Of a stretch of 57,103 bases of DNA, positions 1-10,576 are shown piece after piece. Below the pieces are notes generated by a model, which saw nothing but the letters and a program-made list of their open reading frames with translations, was not told the origin of the DNA and did no database searches. The first letter of the stretch is position 1. Every line of letters begins with the position of its first letter. Made by a program: the position numbers and the translations under genes. The DNA is from Saprolegnia diclina VS20 (taxonomy: Eukaryota): contig NW_008246082.1 in the NCBI RefSeq assembly GCF_000281045.1, positions 660,910 through 718,012 on the forward strand. Reading direction: 5' to 3'.

Positions 1-742
1 GCTAATGATTGTAGTCCTAGCGATGCAGTTTTGCAAATTATGAATTGCCGGGTTGCCAAGGTCAAACCCATGTGCCAACCGCAAGATCACTCGATCGTGT
101 GTTGTTCTGCAGAGCAGTGGTATTCGGCAGCAGTGGTTCGACAACAGTGGTTCGACAGTGCAATGAATCATGCTCAAGTTAACTCTATTTGCGTCACCGT
201 TGATCTGAGCCTCATCCTCGAAGCTCAAGCCATCCAACGAACTTCTTGATGCCTACAAGTACCCTCAACATGTACCCCGGTACTCGTACTTCAAAACGAC
301 GATGCTGTCCTGCAGAAGAAGTCGTGAAGAAGCGCTGGATGGACTCAGCTGACTCTGCGCTGATAGACGCTGTCTATTATTATAGTGGCAGCCCCACAGT
401 GTCTGCGAGTAGCCTCATGTCGACATCAGCGGGTTGTAATATAACTCTGGCAACGCTCGACAGGCCGGCACAGCAACCCATGCAAGTGCCAGTGGATGAC
501 GCTAGCCTACTTTCTTTGTGGACAAGGAAAAGAAATCATACAGAACTATATAAGGAAAAGCGCATCATGGTGGCTGTGCGACTGGTACACACTGGGTGTA
601 CGAGTCGCACAGCAACCGCAAAGCGCTTCCAACTTGCCTTATTGTCAAGGATAAGACAAGGGGTACCAATGAAAAAGCATAAATTATGACAAGGGTTTAA
701 TGTTTGTTGTCATAAACACACTAGGACGCGACGGATGACGAT

Positions 743-2083
743 TTACAAGCCAAACCAGTGGTTGTGACCAATGACCCAGCCGAACGTCGAGCCGCACGAG
801 AGGCCGAGGAAGAGGAACATGACCATGAGCGCCGCAGCGGCCTCACGGTCCTCCTGTCGCACGAGCAGCGGACCCATGCCGATCGTGATCGTCGAGAAGA
901 GACCGCCCGTGATACCGAGGATGACGTAGAGGACGACCTGGAACGCATACGCGCTCCATTCGGAGTCGCCGAACGAGTAGAGCGAGTTGGTGGCCGTGCC
1001 GAGGAGCAAGAGCGGGAGCCAAACCCAGCGGAAGAACGAAAAGAAGAAGCAGAAGCGAAGCGAGAACATCTTGACCGCGGACTTGGTCGAGAGGACACGG
1101 CCAATGAGATCGCCAAAGTTGAAGGGGGCAATGATACCCGGCGAGATGACCCACGGGCCGCCCGACGACGACATGACCGTCTTGAACTTGAGGACCGACG
1201 AGATGCCAAAGCCCGGGAAAAGCGTGAGCGTGCAGAAGAAGAGCATGAACTGCGCGATCATGGGCATCACAATGACCTTGGCGACGCGGAAGAACTTGGC
1301 CCAGAGCGTCGGGAGCGACACTTTGCCGTGCTTGTTGTGGTCGGCGGCGGCGCGGTCGAGGAGGTAGCGCACGCACGGGATCTTCTCGAGGCGGTAGTAG
1401 ACGATGACGGCACCAACGCACACAACGAGGAGAAGCGACATGAAGATGTAGAACGAGAGCTTGACGCCGCCGTCCGAGTCCTTGGCGCCCGAGACCGCCC
1501 AGTGGATGAGCGTCGCCGCCGTGACGTTGATGCAGCCCGCGACGACGTTGCCGACCTGGATCGCGTTCGTAAACTTCTCATCCGGAAAGAGCGACGCGAC
1601 GTTGTAGTACGCGGGTTCGGTGAGCGAGTGCGCCGCACCGACGAGACCAAAGCAGAGCAAGACGAGGGTCGCGCCCGTGAACTCCTCGAGGCCGAGCTGG
1701 CCCTGGACGAGGATGAAGATGCCGCAGGCAGCGAAGAGACCGTAGCCGATGTAGACGCGGTTCATGTTGCCGAGGGCGCGGTCGAGGCCGAACCACATCT
1801 GGATGATGTGACCAAGCGAGAGCGGCCACGTCAGAATCGGGGTCGTCAAGAAGGCAAACTGGACGTTGGGGAACGTGCTGGCATAGTAGTCCTGCGCCGA
1901 GAGGCACGAGTAGAACGCCCACATGACTGAGCCTTCGAGGAAGAAGAGCGACCAGTAGATCGTCGCGCTGTGGAGCTTGATGTCATCGAGGACGTGCTGC
2001 GGGATCTCACTGTCGCCGACCTGGGTCTCGAGCGCGAGGTCCTTCTCCTTGACGTCGACAGCTTCGTGGTACGGCGCAGTCAT
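743..2083 (-). CDS. Equilibrative nucleoside transporter (ENT/SLC29 family), paralog 1
   Basis: Intronless ORF of ~446 aa from ATG at 2083, with ~11 hydrophobic segments and ENT-like motifs (QDYYAS, TLTLFPG, FNFGDLIGR, DREAAAALM..FLFLGLSCGS). Confidence 0.9.
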   Translation of the reverse strand: MTAPYHEAVDVKEKDLALETQVGDSEIPQHVLDDIKLHSATIYWSLFFLEGSVMWAFYSCLSAQDYYASTFPNVQFAFLTTPILTWPLSLGHIIQMWFGLDRALGNMNRVYIGYGLFAACGIFILVQGQLGLEEFTGATLVLLCFGLVGAAHSLTEPAYYNVASLFPDEKFTNAIQVGNVVAGCINVTAATLIHWAVSGAKDSDGGVKLSFYIFMSLLLVVCVGAVIVYYRLEKIPCVRYLLDRAAADHNKHGKVSLPTLWAKFFRVAKVIVMPMIAQFMLFFCTLTLFPGFGISSVLKFKTVMSSSGGPWVISPGIIAPFNFGDLIGRVLSTKSAVKMFSLRFCFFFSFFRWVWLPLLLLGTATNSLYSFGDSEWSAYAFQVVLYVILGITGGLFSTITIGMGPLLVRQEDREAAAALMVMFLFLGLSCGSTFGWVIGHNHWFGL

Positions 2084-2108
2084 GCTACTCAATGTACTGC
2101 GGCCGAGG

Positions 2109-2125
2109 CAAATTGGATTGTGAGC
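2109..2125 (-). promoter_or_regulatory. INR/FPR-like core promoter of ENT paralog 1
   Basis: GCTCACAATCCAATTTG on the minus strand ~25 nt upstream of the ATG. It resembles the oomycete INR+FPR element and matches the motif upstream of paralog 3. Confidence 0.5.
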
Positions 2126-3137
2126 GAACTAGCTGACGTGGGCCGCCACAACGAGCGACCGGTCTGCTCACGTCTGCAGTCGAGATCCAGTTGGCAGCCA
2201 AACCTGATGATTTACATGTCGCATATGTGTAACTTGTATCTAGTCAACAAATCTCGTGGTTCCGGCGCGCTTCTGCTCTGCTTGGCGCAAACAGACTGGA
2301 GGCAGAGGCCGCCAGAAGATTGAAGACGAGGTTGCCGTGTTGAAGTCACCTACCTGATGAGCCCAGACGTGCGCCTTGATTGTTAATCAAAGCGGCGGCC
2401 CAAAGATGTGGGCCACCTCGATGTCATGCTCCTCTTCTTGGTCGCGAATGACGTGGGCCGTGCCCCGCGCTTCGCCGCTCGTGTTCGCTGTCGTTCTCGA
2501 CGTCGCAAGGACACAGAAGAGACGAGGTTCAAACGCAGCGCTGGGGCTAATATCAGCAGCAGCACAAGCAGTCCCACATTTACTATTGAGGTTGCTAGGC
2601 AAGCCGTGTATAGTCGCGTCAGTCGGTGCCAAGGTTGTGTCATCAGTTACGGAGGCCGTTCTTTGCGCTCGCACGAAAGTGGGACCTCTCTTCTTTTTCC
2701 CTCGACGCTGTGGGAGCCTCAACGAATACGATGTGGCCTTTCTTTCGAGCGCACGGCAGCCAGTGATTCTTCCGTGGGTCACGACCGCCTCGAGTCGCCC
2801 ACGGAGTCCCTCGCCGTCCTCACCGGTCGCCGGCGCATGCACGATCATCCTTGCATGCAACGCGCTCGATCTCGTCGAAGGATCGCGGATGGCGGTGTTA
2901 TCATGTCCCGGCCGCCCCGACTTCAAGCTCGACTTCAATTTTACCCAATTTTACACCGCCGTGATGAACTGCCGGCGGCGACGCCGCCACACCGACGACA
3001 CATACACGCCGCTGTGTGCGTTAGCACAAGGTCGCTGGTGCTGCGACACGAGCCTCGCGGTCAAGACACGAGAGCCACGTATCGTCACATGGAGGGACGC
3101 CGTCCTAACTGTATGTAGTTGTGTATACGACTGCGTC

Positions 3138-4484
3138 CTAGAGCAGACCGAGCCAGTGGCTGTTCTCGAGCGCCCAGCCCATCGTCGAGCCGCACGAGAG
3201 GCCGAGGAAGAGGCACATGACCATGAGCGCGGACGCGGCCTCGCGGTCTTCCTGCGCGACGAGGCGCGGGGCCAAGCCCATCGTCAGCGTCGAGAAGAGG
3301 CCGCCGGTGAAGCCAAGGCCAAAGTTCAGGCCGACTTGCCAAAAGACACCGAGAAGCGGGTACGAACCAAAGGCGTAGACGCTCGAGTTGGAGGCCATGC
3401 CGAGGAGGAGCAGCGGCAGCCACGCCCAACGCAAGAAGGACCACGCGACGCACGCGCGCAGCGAGACGGCCGCATACACCTGCTTGGTGCACGCGAGGCG
3501 ACCAAAGAAGTCGCCAAAGTTGAAGGCGCCCACGATGCCGGGCGAGCAGAACCACGTCATCGCGTCGGCGTAGCGCGGGTCCGTAAGCGCCGACGAGCAC
3601 CCGACGCCCGGGAAGAGCGTGAGCGAGCAAAAGAAGAGGAGGAACTGCGCAACCATCGGACTCGGAAGCATTTTGGCAACGCGGACAAACTTGGCCCAGA
3701 GCATGTGCAGCGGCGGGTCACCGTGCTTACGGTGGTCGTCGTCGGCGCGGTCGAGGAGGTACTTGACGCAGTGGAGCGACTCGAGGCGGCAGTAGACCAC
3801 GAGCGCGCACGCGCACACGGCAAGGAGGAGGAAGATGAAGAGGTAGAACGCGAGCTGCGTGCTGCTGTCGCCGCCCACGAGCAGTCGCAGAAGCGTCGAC
3901 GCGGTGATGTTGAAGACGCCGGCCGAGACGTTTCCGAGCTGGACAGCGTTCGTGAACGACTCGTCCGGGAAGAGCGCTGCAATCGCATAGTAGGCGGGCT
4001 CGACGAGCGAGTGGGCGATACCGACAATGGCAAAGCAGGCCAAGACCATGGTCGCACCGTCCGTCTCGGGCAAATGCAGGTAGTCTTGGGCGAGGATCGC
4101 GAGGCCACAGGCGGCGAAGAGAGCGTACCCGAGCACGACGCGCATGCGGCGGTTGCCCATGGACTTGTCGAGGCCAAACCACATTTGGGCGAGATGGCCG
4201 AGCGTGAGCGGCCATGTCAGAATCGGGGTCGTCAGAAAGGCGAACGCGACGTGCGGGAAGCTTGCGCGGTAGTAGTCTTGCGCCGAGAGGCACGTGTAGT
4301 AGGCCCACATGACGGAGCCCTCGAGGAGGAAGAGCGACCAGTAGATGCGCCGCTTGTGGGCGACGATCTCGTCGAGAACCGACTGCGGGATGGTCGCGAG
4401 GCCGTGCTCAAAGTCCTTTTCCTGCACGCCGATCGCCGCGTACGAGGCGCGGCCGCTCCCGAGCAAGACGACGTTGGGCGCCAT
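3138..4484 (-). CDS. Equilibrative nucleoside transporter, paralog 2
   Basis: Intronless ORF from MAPNVVLL, clearly paralogous to 743..2083 (IYWSLFLLEGSVMWAYY, SLTLFPG, FNFGDFFGR). Confidence 0.9.
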   Translation of the reverse strand: MAPNVVLLGSGRASYAAIGVQEKDFEHGLATIPQSVLDEIVAHKRRIYWSLFLLEGSVMWAYYTCLSAQDYYRASFPHVAFAFLTTPILTWPLTLGHLAQMWFGLDKSMGNRRMRVVLGYALFAACGLAILAQDYLHLPETDGATMVLACFAIVGIAHSLVEPAYYAIAALFPDESFTNAVQLGNVSAGVFNITASTLLRLLVGGDSSTQLAFYLFIFLLLAVCACALVVYCRLESLHCVKYLLDRADDDHRKHGDPPLHMLWAKFVRVAKMLPSPMVAQFLLFFCSLTLFPGVGCSSALTDPRYADAMTWFCSPGIVGAFNFGDFFGRLACTKQVYAAVSLRACVAWSFLRWAWLPLLLLGMASNSSVYAFGSYPLLGVFWQVGLNFGLGFTGGLFSTLTMGLAPRLVAQEDREAASALMVMCLFLGLSCGSTMGWALENSHWLGLL

Positions 4485-5072
4485 GGCCAGTTGCTCTCTG
4501 GCGAGCCACCGACCCGAAAGATATGCTGTCAACCATCGGCCAATCACAGACGAGCCGCCCATCACCGCAGTGTGGAATCTGTGCCGTTGCAGGATACGAG
4601 CCAACTTGCCTGTCGTTGGCGACGTCGTAGCAGGCGGCTAAGTGCAGCAGGCAGCCAAGAAGGCGCGGGTCCTACTAAGCAGGAAGGTGTCGCCCAGGAC
4701 GGAGGTGCCTCGCGCGAGTGGCGACAGCCTCCACGCGGCTTGTCCAAGGCATGGGCTTGCCTGGACTTATTTTCCGAGTAGCTACTACGCCAGCTCGTCG
4801 CCCATAGTCTGTCGTCCATTCACTCTGCAGAAGGTACTCGGGTGGTAGGAGCACCTGCGGTGTTAGTAGCTGCAAATGGTTGGTGAAAAATTAGCGTGCC
4901 AGCGTGTGAGGCAAGGCTATCATGGCGCTGCCGTGGCACTGACTTGGAGCGTCGTCAAGCTACTCACGGTGATAGGGCGACTGCAGTATTCGCTCGTGGC
5001 CATTGCCCTTGCACACATAACGTGAGTGCTCTTGGCTCCATCTTCCTACGATACATGTGCCGAGTGCTTCTA

Positions 5073-7418
5073 CTAGCTTACGACTTGGTGGTGGACGCTT
5101 CGTGCCGCCTGCACAGCACGCCGCAGCTTGTTGCTGCGCTTCTTTTGCCCTGCTCGCGTGGCTTCGGTTGCTTTCGGATAGAGCGCGTCGGGGTAGCCAT
5201 TGGCCCACACGCTGTTGGAGAGGCCGAGGTTCGGGATACGCTCGTCCCGACGCTCCCAGTAGTGGACATCGGCACTACAGTGAAGCACGTCGTGAAGCGT
5301 GAGAACTGTCGCTTGCACAAGGTCGATTGAAGCTTCGGCGCTCCAGAGCTGCACGTCCACCATGGCAATGCGGCGGGCGCAGTCGATGAAGTCGCGTCGG
5401 ATCTGCTGGCACCGATCGCGGGCCGCCGCCCGAAGCGCGTGCGTGCTCTTTGGGAACGCACTCGGCTGGGCGAGGCTCGTCATGCGCGCGTTGCACTGGT
5501 CAATCCACTGCCGCAGCTGCGTCGTGGTCGCCGCCGCGAATTCCGTCGCGTTCTCACGCTGCAGACAGGCCATGTTTTGCAGCTGCGTCTCGAGCGCGGT
5601 CTTGCACCGGTCGATCGCCGACACCATGGACGCCGAGAGGCCCGGGATCGGCGTCGGCGAGGGTTTTTTGACTGGTGCACGAAGCGTGATGGCCTCGGTA
5701 TGCGGCACCTCGCGCAAAGCGACCCGTGCGCCGTGCGCTGCCATGCACATATGCGGTGGGTGGTAGCACAAGACAGTTCGCGCCACGAGCTCCTCCAGCG
5801 ACTCGACCGTGAGGTGGAGGAGCGCAAACGGTGAAGGGTCAAGGACGCAAAGCGCGGCTTGGGGCACGCTGGCACTGAACCGCAGCTGCTCGCCAGCGTC
5901 ATTGCGCACTGCCTCGAGACGCAGCTTTTGCGCGTCCGCATCGGCCAAGACGGTAATCCAACACATGTGGCAGTCGACGACATCTTCGACAACGAAATCG
6001 TCGGATGTTACATCGTCGGCGAGGCAGCGCAGCAGAAACGCCATCGTGGCTTGCACCTCGACGCGTACTGCAGGCTGCTGGACGCGCTCCATGCGCGTTG
6101 GATCGCCAAAGTACGCGACAAAGTCGTCCCAAATTAGTGTGTCGCGGCCAGCGCCAATGAGTGCAAACACCATTTCGAGGCGATCGTCGTCCAACGTCGA
6201 CCCGTCCGCGTGGTCGCCGTACGAGGCTTCGAGCTGCGCACGGAGCGTCGCGTGGTCGGTGAGTGCGTCCATGAACTCGTGCTTCGTGATCGACCCGTCG
6301 CCATTCGGGTCCAAGCTTTGGAAGAGCGCGTGGAGCGATCGAAGGTACTCGACGAGCGACGAGACGGGCTCGACCACCGTTGGGCTCGCGTCATAACGGC
6401 ACACCGGCACGCGTCGCATGACTTCATGCAGCACAACCACCATTGGCGCGGGAGCTGCAGCGACTGTTGGGCTGTCATTCGTCGTCATCGGCGTTTGTAC
6501 CTCGTTGGTCGCCTCTTCCACGCTGTCGTGCTGTAGCTGCAGTAGTTCGAGACCGACTTCCTCGTGAACGACGAGTGCGACAATGTCCCGTCGAGGATCG
6601 AGGACGCCATCTTCGTCGCGCACGTCGAAATCACAAATCTCTTCGTCGACCTTGTCGCTCTCTTGGCTTCGCGGAAGGCGTAGCGCATACAAGGTAGCGC
6701 AGCCAGCACTTGGGTTCTCGGCGTCCCGTGGCAGCAAATGACGTTCGAATCGGCGGCCGTGAAACGCCATGACGACCTCGAGGTACTCGCGGAGCGACGG
6801 AGGTTTCTGCGGGCGAGTCATCCTCACGTCATCGTCGTCGTCCACACGCCACAAGTCGAGGTCGTAGAAGTGCGCGCGCCAGGTTGGGAAGAGCTGGAGC
6901 ACGCCCAAGCACGCATTGCAGTAGCATGGCGCCGGGCCCCCCGACGCGTCGGGTGGGACGCCATGCGGTGCGCGATGGCCCCGCAGCGCCTTTTGTCGCC
7001 GCCGCCATTGCTTGTACGCGGTATTGACGCGCTCAGGCACGCACACGGCGTACAGCATCACTGTCGCATCCTGTACGACGACGCCAGGAATCGCGCGCGT
7101 CATTTGGCGCTGGTGGCGGCGCGAGCTGTCTATGCACGATGCCAAGCAGACAAGCGCATGCACCGACGTCGTTGCATCGTAGAGACAGGCGGCGAAGGCC
7201 ATCCAGTGCGGGCTGAGCGCATCGGCGACCACCGTTCGGAGGCGGGTGTTGGCCGCTGCGAGCCGCGTGAGCGAGGCCAGCACCGCCACGGCCATAGTCG
7301 CTGGTGCTACGTGCATGGGCTCATGATGGTCGCTGCCATGCGCGGGTCGGACGAGGTCAGCGACGAGCTCGTGGATGGTTGTCTCGATGGCATCGTCGCC
7401 GGACGGACGCGCCAGCAT
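5073..7418 (-). CDS. EF-hand-containing hypothetical protein
   Basis: Long ORF (~780 aa) with a canonical EF loop (FQSLDPNGDGSITKHEFMDAL), a degenerate second EF-hand and a helical C-terminus. Possible introns are unresolved. Confidence 0.7.
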   Translation of the reverse strand: MLARPSGDDAIETTIHELVADLVRPAHGSDHHEPMHVAPATMAVAVLASLTRLAAANTRLRTVVADALSPHWMAFAACLYDATTSVHALVCLASCIDSSRRHQRQMTRAIPGVVVQDATVMLYAVCVPERVNTAYKQWRRRQKALRGHRAPHGVPPDASGGPAPCYCNACLGVLQLFPTWRAHFYDLDLWRVDDDDDVRMTRPQKPPSLREYLEVVMAFHGRRFERHLLPRDAENPSAGCATLYALRLPRSQESDKVDEEICDFDVRDEDGVLDPRRDIVALVVHEEVGLELLQLQHDSVEEATNEVQTPMTTNDSPTVAAAPAPMVVVLHEVMRRVPVCRYDASPTVVEPVSSLVEYLRSLHALFQSLDPNGDGSITKHEFMDALTDHATLRAQLEASYGDHADGSTLDDDRLEMVFALIGAGRDTLIWDDFVAYFGDPTRMERVQQPAVRVEVQATMAFLLRCLADDVTSDDFVVEDVVDCHMCWITVLADADAQKLRLEAVRNDAGEQLRFSASVPQAALCVLDPSPFALLHLTVESLEELVARTVLCYHPPHMCMAAHGARVALREVPHTEAITLRAPVKKPSPTPIPGLSASMVSAIDRCKTALETQLQNMACLQRENATEFAAATTTQLRQWIDQCNARMTSLAQPSAFPKSTHALRAAARDRCQQIRRDFIDCARRIAMVDVQLWSAEASIDLVQATVLTLHDVLHCSADVHYWERRDERIPNLGLSNSVWANGYPDALYPKATEATRAGQKKRSNKLRRAVQAARSVHHQVVS

Positions 7419-7726
7419 CTGGCGCGGCAATCTATTTTTAGATCGATTGGAAATCTACGGGTTTTGGCCAATCGTTGACGAGGATTCCGACGCCAGGGTT
7501 GTGGAAACCTTCTCAAGATCCAAAACGCCATTGCCGATTTATTTCAAGTTGTCGACGTGTGTTTTTATTCTTGAATTCAAATCGGCATATAAAAACGCAG
7601 TGTTAATAGTATATTTTTAAAACGGAAGAGACAGAATCCAGTATATTAATATGCACCCCGCGTATCCAAATAGAAATTGCTCGCTGAAAAGAAAGGTGTA
7701 AAAGCGGAAATCACCAACCAGCAGCC

Positions 7727-8302
7727 ATGTCCAGCAGCACCGACGAGTCCGCAGCGAGGCCAGCCGCCACTACCACCAAGCACGTGGCCTGGTCGCACGC
7801 GACCGTGTACGAATTCCCCGTGGGCCATGGCGGCAGCGCCATCCCGCGCTCGGGCGGGCCCGCCATTGGCCTGCGTGGCATCCCGATCCAGACGCGCACT
7901 GAGGCCGTCGGCTGCAGTGCGACCAAGATGCCTCAAAAGGCGCAACGCATAACCGCCGACGAACGAGCGACGCTGCTCCGGGAGGCCGGCTACACCGACG
8001 TGTACATTGAAAAGTTTACGCGGCAAACGCGCCGTATTCTCCGGTCGCGGAAAGCCAACTCGAAGAAGGCCGAGAAGGAGCGCGAGCTGCGGCGCCTCGA
8101 AGAAGCTCTCATCACAGCCATCGAAGGTGACATTGTGCAGCAGTGGCACGACAACGAGGCGCCGGCGGCAACCGGAAAGCGCAAGCTCGAGGTCGTGCAC
8201 ATTGAGACCGACGCACCCGCCAAAGTACAAAAGACCGATCGCCTCGCGCTGCTCTACGACATCTTTGCCTCCGAGTGCCAGTCGTCCATCGTGGTCATTT
8301 GA
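7727..8302 (+). CDS. CSRNP N-terminal-like domain protein
   Basis: KHVAWSHATVYEFPVGHGGSAIPRSGGPAIGL resembles the CSRNP_N motif (V.F..V.V..F....G...VP..GG..LG). Basic C-terminal half. Confidence 0.6.
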   Translation: MSSSTDESAARPAATTTKHVAWSHATVYEFPVGHGGSAIPRSGGPAIGLRGIPIQTRTEAVGCSATKMPQKAQRITADERATLLREAGYTDVYIEKFTRQTRRILRSRKANSKKAEKERELRRLEEALITAIEGDIVQQWHDNEAPAATGKRKLEVVHIETDAPAKVQKTDRLALLYDIFASECQSSIVVI

Positions 8303-8980
8303 GACCGTGTGCCCATTGCTCTATTTAGTGGCGCGCCACGCTGAAAACGGCGGGAGATCTTATTTAACGCCCATCAATCCATGCAATCTTGTGTGTACAA
8401 CTCGCAGGCTTGCGCATTCTAGTTTGTGCTCTGTAGTCGTCGTCCGACGAAGAGACGCTCCGCTCTACGATGGTACCGACCGCCCGGCAGCGAGCCAGCA
8501 ACGACGCGTCTGGGAATCGTTGGCGCTGACTTTATTCCGCTTCACTGAATTGCTGTAACCAGACAGCAACTACTCTGGTCCAGACACCGAGGTTTGGTTC
8601 ATACACTCTACACCAAGCGAAGCCATAACCATTGTAGCACACCTTGTCATAACGTTAAGTACAATATAACGAGCCACGACACCTGACCATGCACCTCTGG
8701 GAAGCTCGTTGCCACTCGTAGCTCATACGACGTGGCTGCTTGTCCGGTGCGCCGGCGACGGCAATTGCAGCCAGTCAAGCTAACCCACGAGCTGAAGGAC
8801 GAGAGACTAGGCTACCTTTGTTGTAGCGCGAGTGGCGGCTACAGTAGCCGTGGTCCACCATCCCTTCCGACTCGAGATGGCGTGTCAGCAATTAAATGAT
8901 TTAAATGATCGGCAATTGCAGAGCGTTGGTCACACAGTTTACGGATCAGCATCCGGCGTTGTGGCGGGTTGCGACGACAG

Positions 8981-9556
8981 ATGAATTGGCTCTGGGGCGG
9001 TGGCGGCGACGATGCGGCCGAGCAGCTGCCGGTGAACCTCTCCAAGCTGCACAAGTCGGGGCGCAACGTGCCCAGCGACGAAGACGACTCGGTGCACAAA
9101 GACGAAGGTAACGCGTGCTTCAACCGCAAGGACTACGAGACCGCGATCTACCACTACACATGTGGCCTCGCCGTGAAGCCCACCGCAACGCTATTTAGCA
9201 ACCGGTCGGCCGCGTACTCGGAGCTGGGTCAGTTCCAGAAGGCGCTGGCCGACGCTGAAGAGGCCGAGAAGCTCGATCCGCTCTGGGCCAAAGTCTACTC
9301 ACGCAAAGGCAAGGCGGACTACGGCCTTCGGCAGTACAAGCGCGCGGCTGACGACTTTGCGCGTGGCCTCTCGCTCTCGATGCAGCGCGCGGCCGAAGAG
9401 AGCGTGAAGCGCGACAAGGAGATCGAGGCGCTCAGGAAGCAGGCGGCGAGCCACTCGGACGCGTACATGAAGCTCCTCGACGAGAACGCGATGCTCACGC
9501 GGCAGCTCGACGACTACCGCGTCATGTTTGACGACTGGGCAAAGAAACAAATGTAG
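8981..9556 (+). CDS. TPR protein (STI1/Hop-like carboxylate clamp) with C-terminal coiled coil
   Basis: Three TPRs (HKDEGNACF..KDYETAI..YT; LFSNRSAAY; KVYSRKG) with the clamp residues K, N, N, K, R present. Confidence 0.85.
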   Translation: MNWLWGGGGDDAAEQLPVNLSKLHKSGRNVPSDEDDSVHKDEGNACFNRKDYETAIYHYTCGLAVKPTATLFSNRSAAYSELGQFQKALADAEEAEKLDPLWAKVYSRKGKADYGLRQYKRAADDFARGLSLSMQRAAEESVKRDKEIEALRKQAASHSDAYMKLLDENAMLTRQLDDYRVMFDDWAKKQM

Positions 9557-10539
9557 TAGATCTTAGCATGTCTCTGGGGTGGCTTTGTCGCCGCTCGTAT
9601 GACCATCAGATATGCTGCATTGCTCGTCCATGCAGACATGGTGATAATTCGGCGAGGGCAACACGATGGACAACCACGCGAGCGCACACCTTTCCTTGGC
9701 CACCTCGAGCTTCATCCCGCTTCGGGTGCAGCAGCTGCTCCCATCCAAGGCCGACCTCTTCAGGCCCAACCATTCGTTCTTGCCGTTGGCGAAGCCTGCC
9801 TGACGACATTGAAGCTTTGGTCTGAGAGACTTTTGCCGTAACCCATTACTAGAAAAGTCTCTCACGGCCGATCCTGGTGGTGCAATCACAGAGCAGCAGC
9901 CGCACAAGCAGGGCGGAAGAGACGGAGGCCCATGCGTCGCCACGTGGCCATCACCTTGTTCAACCAGCACACAGTTGCAACCTGACTTACATAGCCGTCG
10001 ATGTGGCGGTTGTCCAACGGCAGCGGCGACAGGACGCCGACGGGCACGGTGCCACGCCTGCCGCTCGCCTGCTGCATTTCACCTTCCATGCCGGCACGGC
10101 TACGTCGTCCGACGACTCGACGCAGCACCCACCCGGTAGAGAGATATACGTACGCGCTTGGGCCCATCTGCCTGGTCACGCTCGGAGCCCCACGGACTCG
10201 CGCGGGACTGCGGGGTCCAGCTGGTTGCGTTCGAAAAGTCTCTCAAAAAGTCTCTCAGATCAGCGGGATTGTCGCACACGAACGACACCGCGATACTATT
10301 TGTACCGAGTCCATACAAACATCAAGGTATTTAAATACGTTGTGTTGAAAATCGGCAACTTCGAAGTTGAAGTCAACCAACCAGCTGGCGAATGGCATCC
10401 CCTCGCTGCCTTCGAAGTTCGGATTTGCATTTTTATTATTTATGCAGCGAAAATGACACGGTTTTCTATGGGACGGCCATTAAAATACACTGGCGCCCAC
10501 ACGACAGCAAGGATTTCTTTCGAAGATTGCTTGGCGGTT

Positions 10540-10555
10540 GCCACTTTTGCATTTG
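10540..10555 (+). promoter_or_regulatory. INR/FPR-like core promoter of OAT
   Basis: GCCACTTTTGCATTTG about 20 nt upstream of the ATG at 10577. Confidence 0.55.
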
Positions 10556-10576
10556 GCTTGAACACCACACACGAAG

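Noticed and set aside
758..4781. Long plus-strand ORFs 758..1930 and 2376..4781
   Set aside because: They are largely antisense shadows of the ENT genes; GC-rich codon usage suppresses stop codons on the opposite strand.
9560..10300. Faint ankyrin-like words (NTMDN, GHLE) in intergenic DNA
   Set aside because: Too short and out of frame to distinguish from chance.
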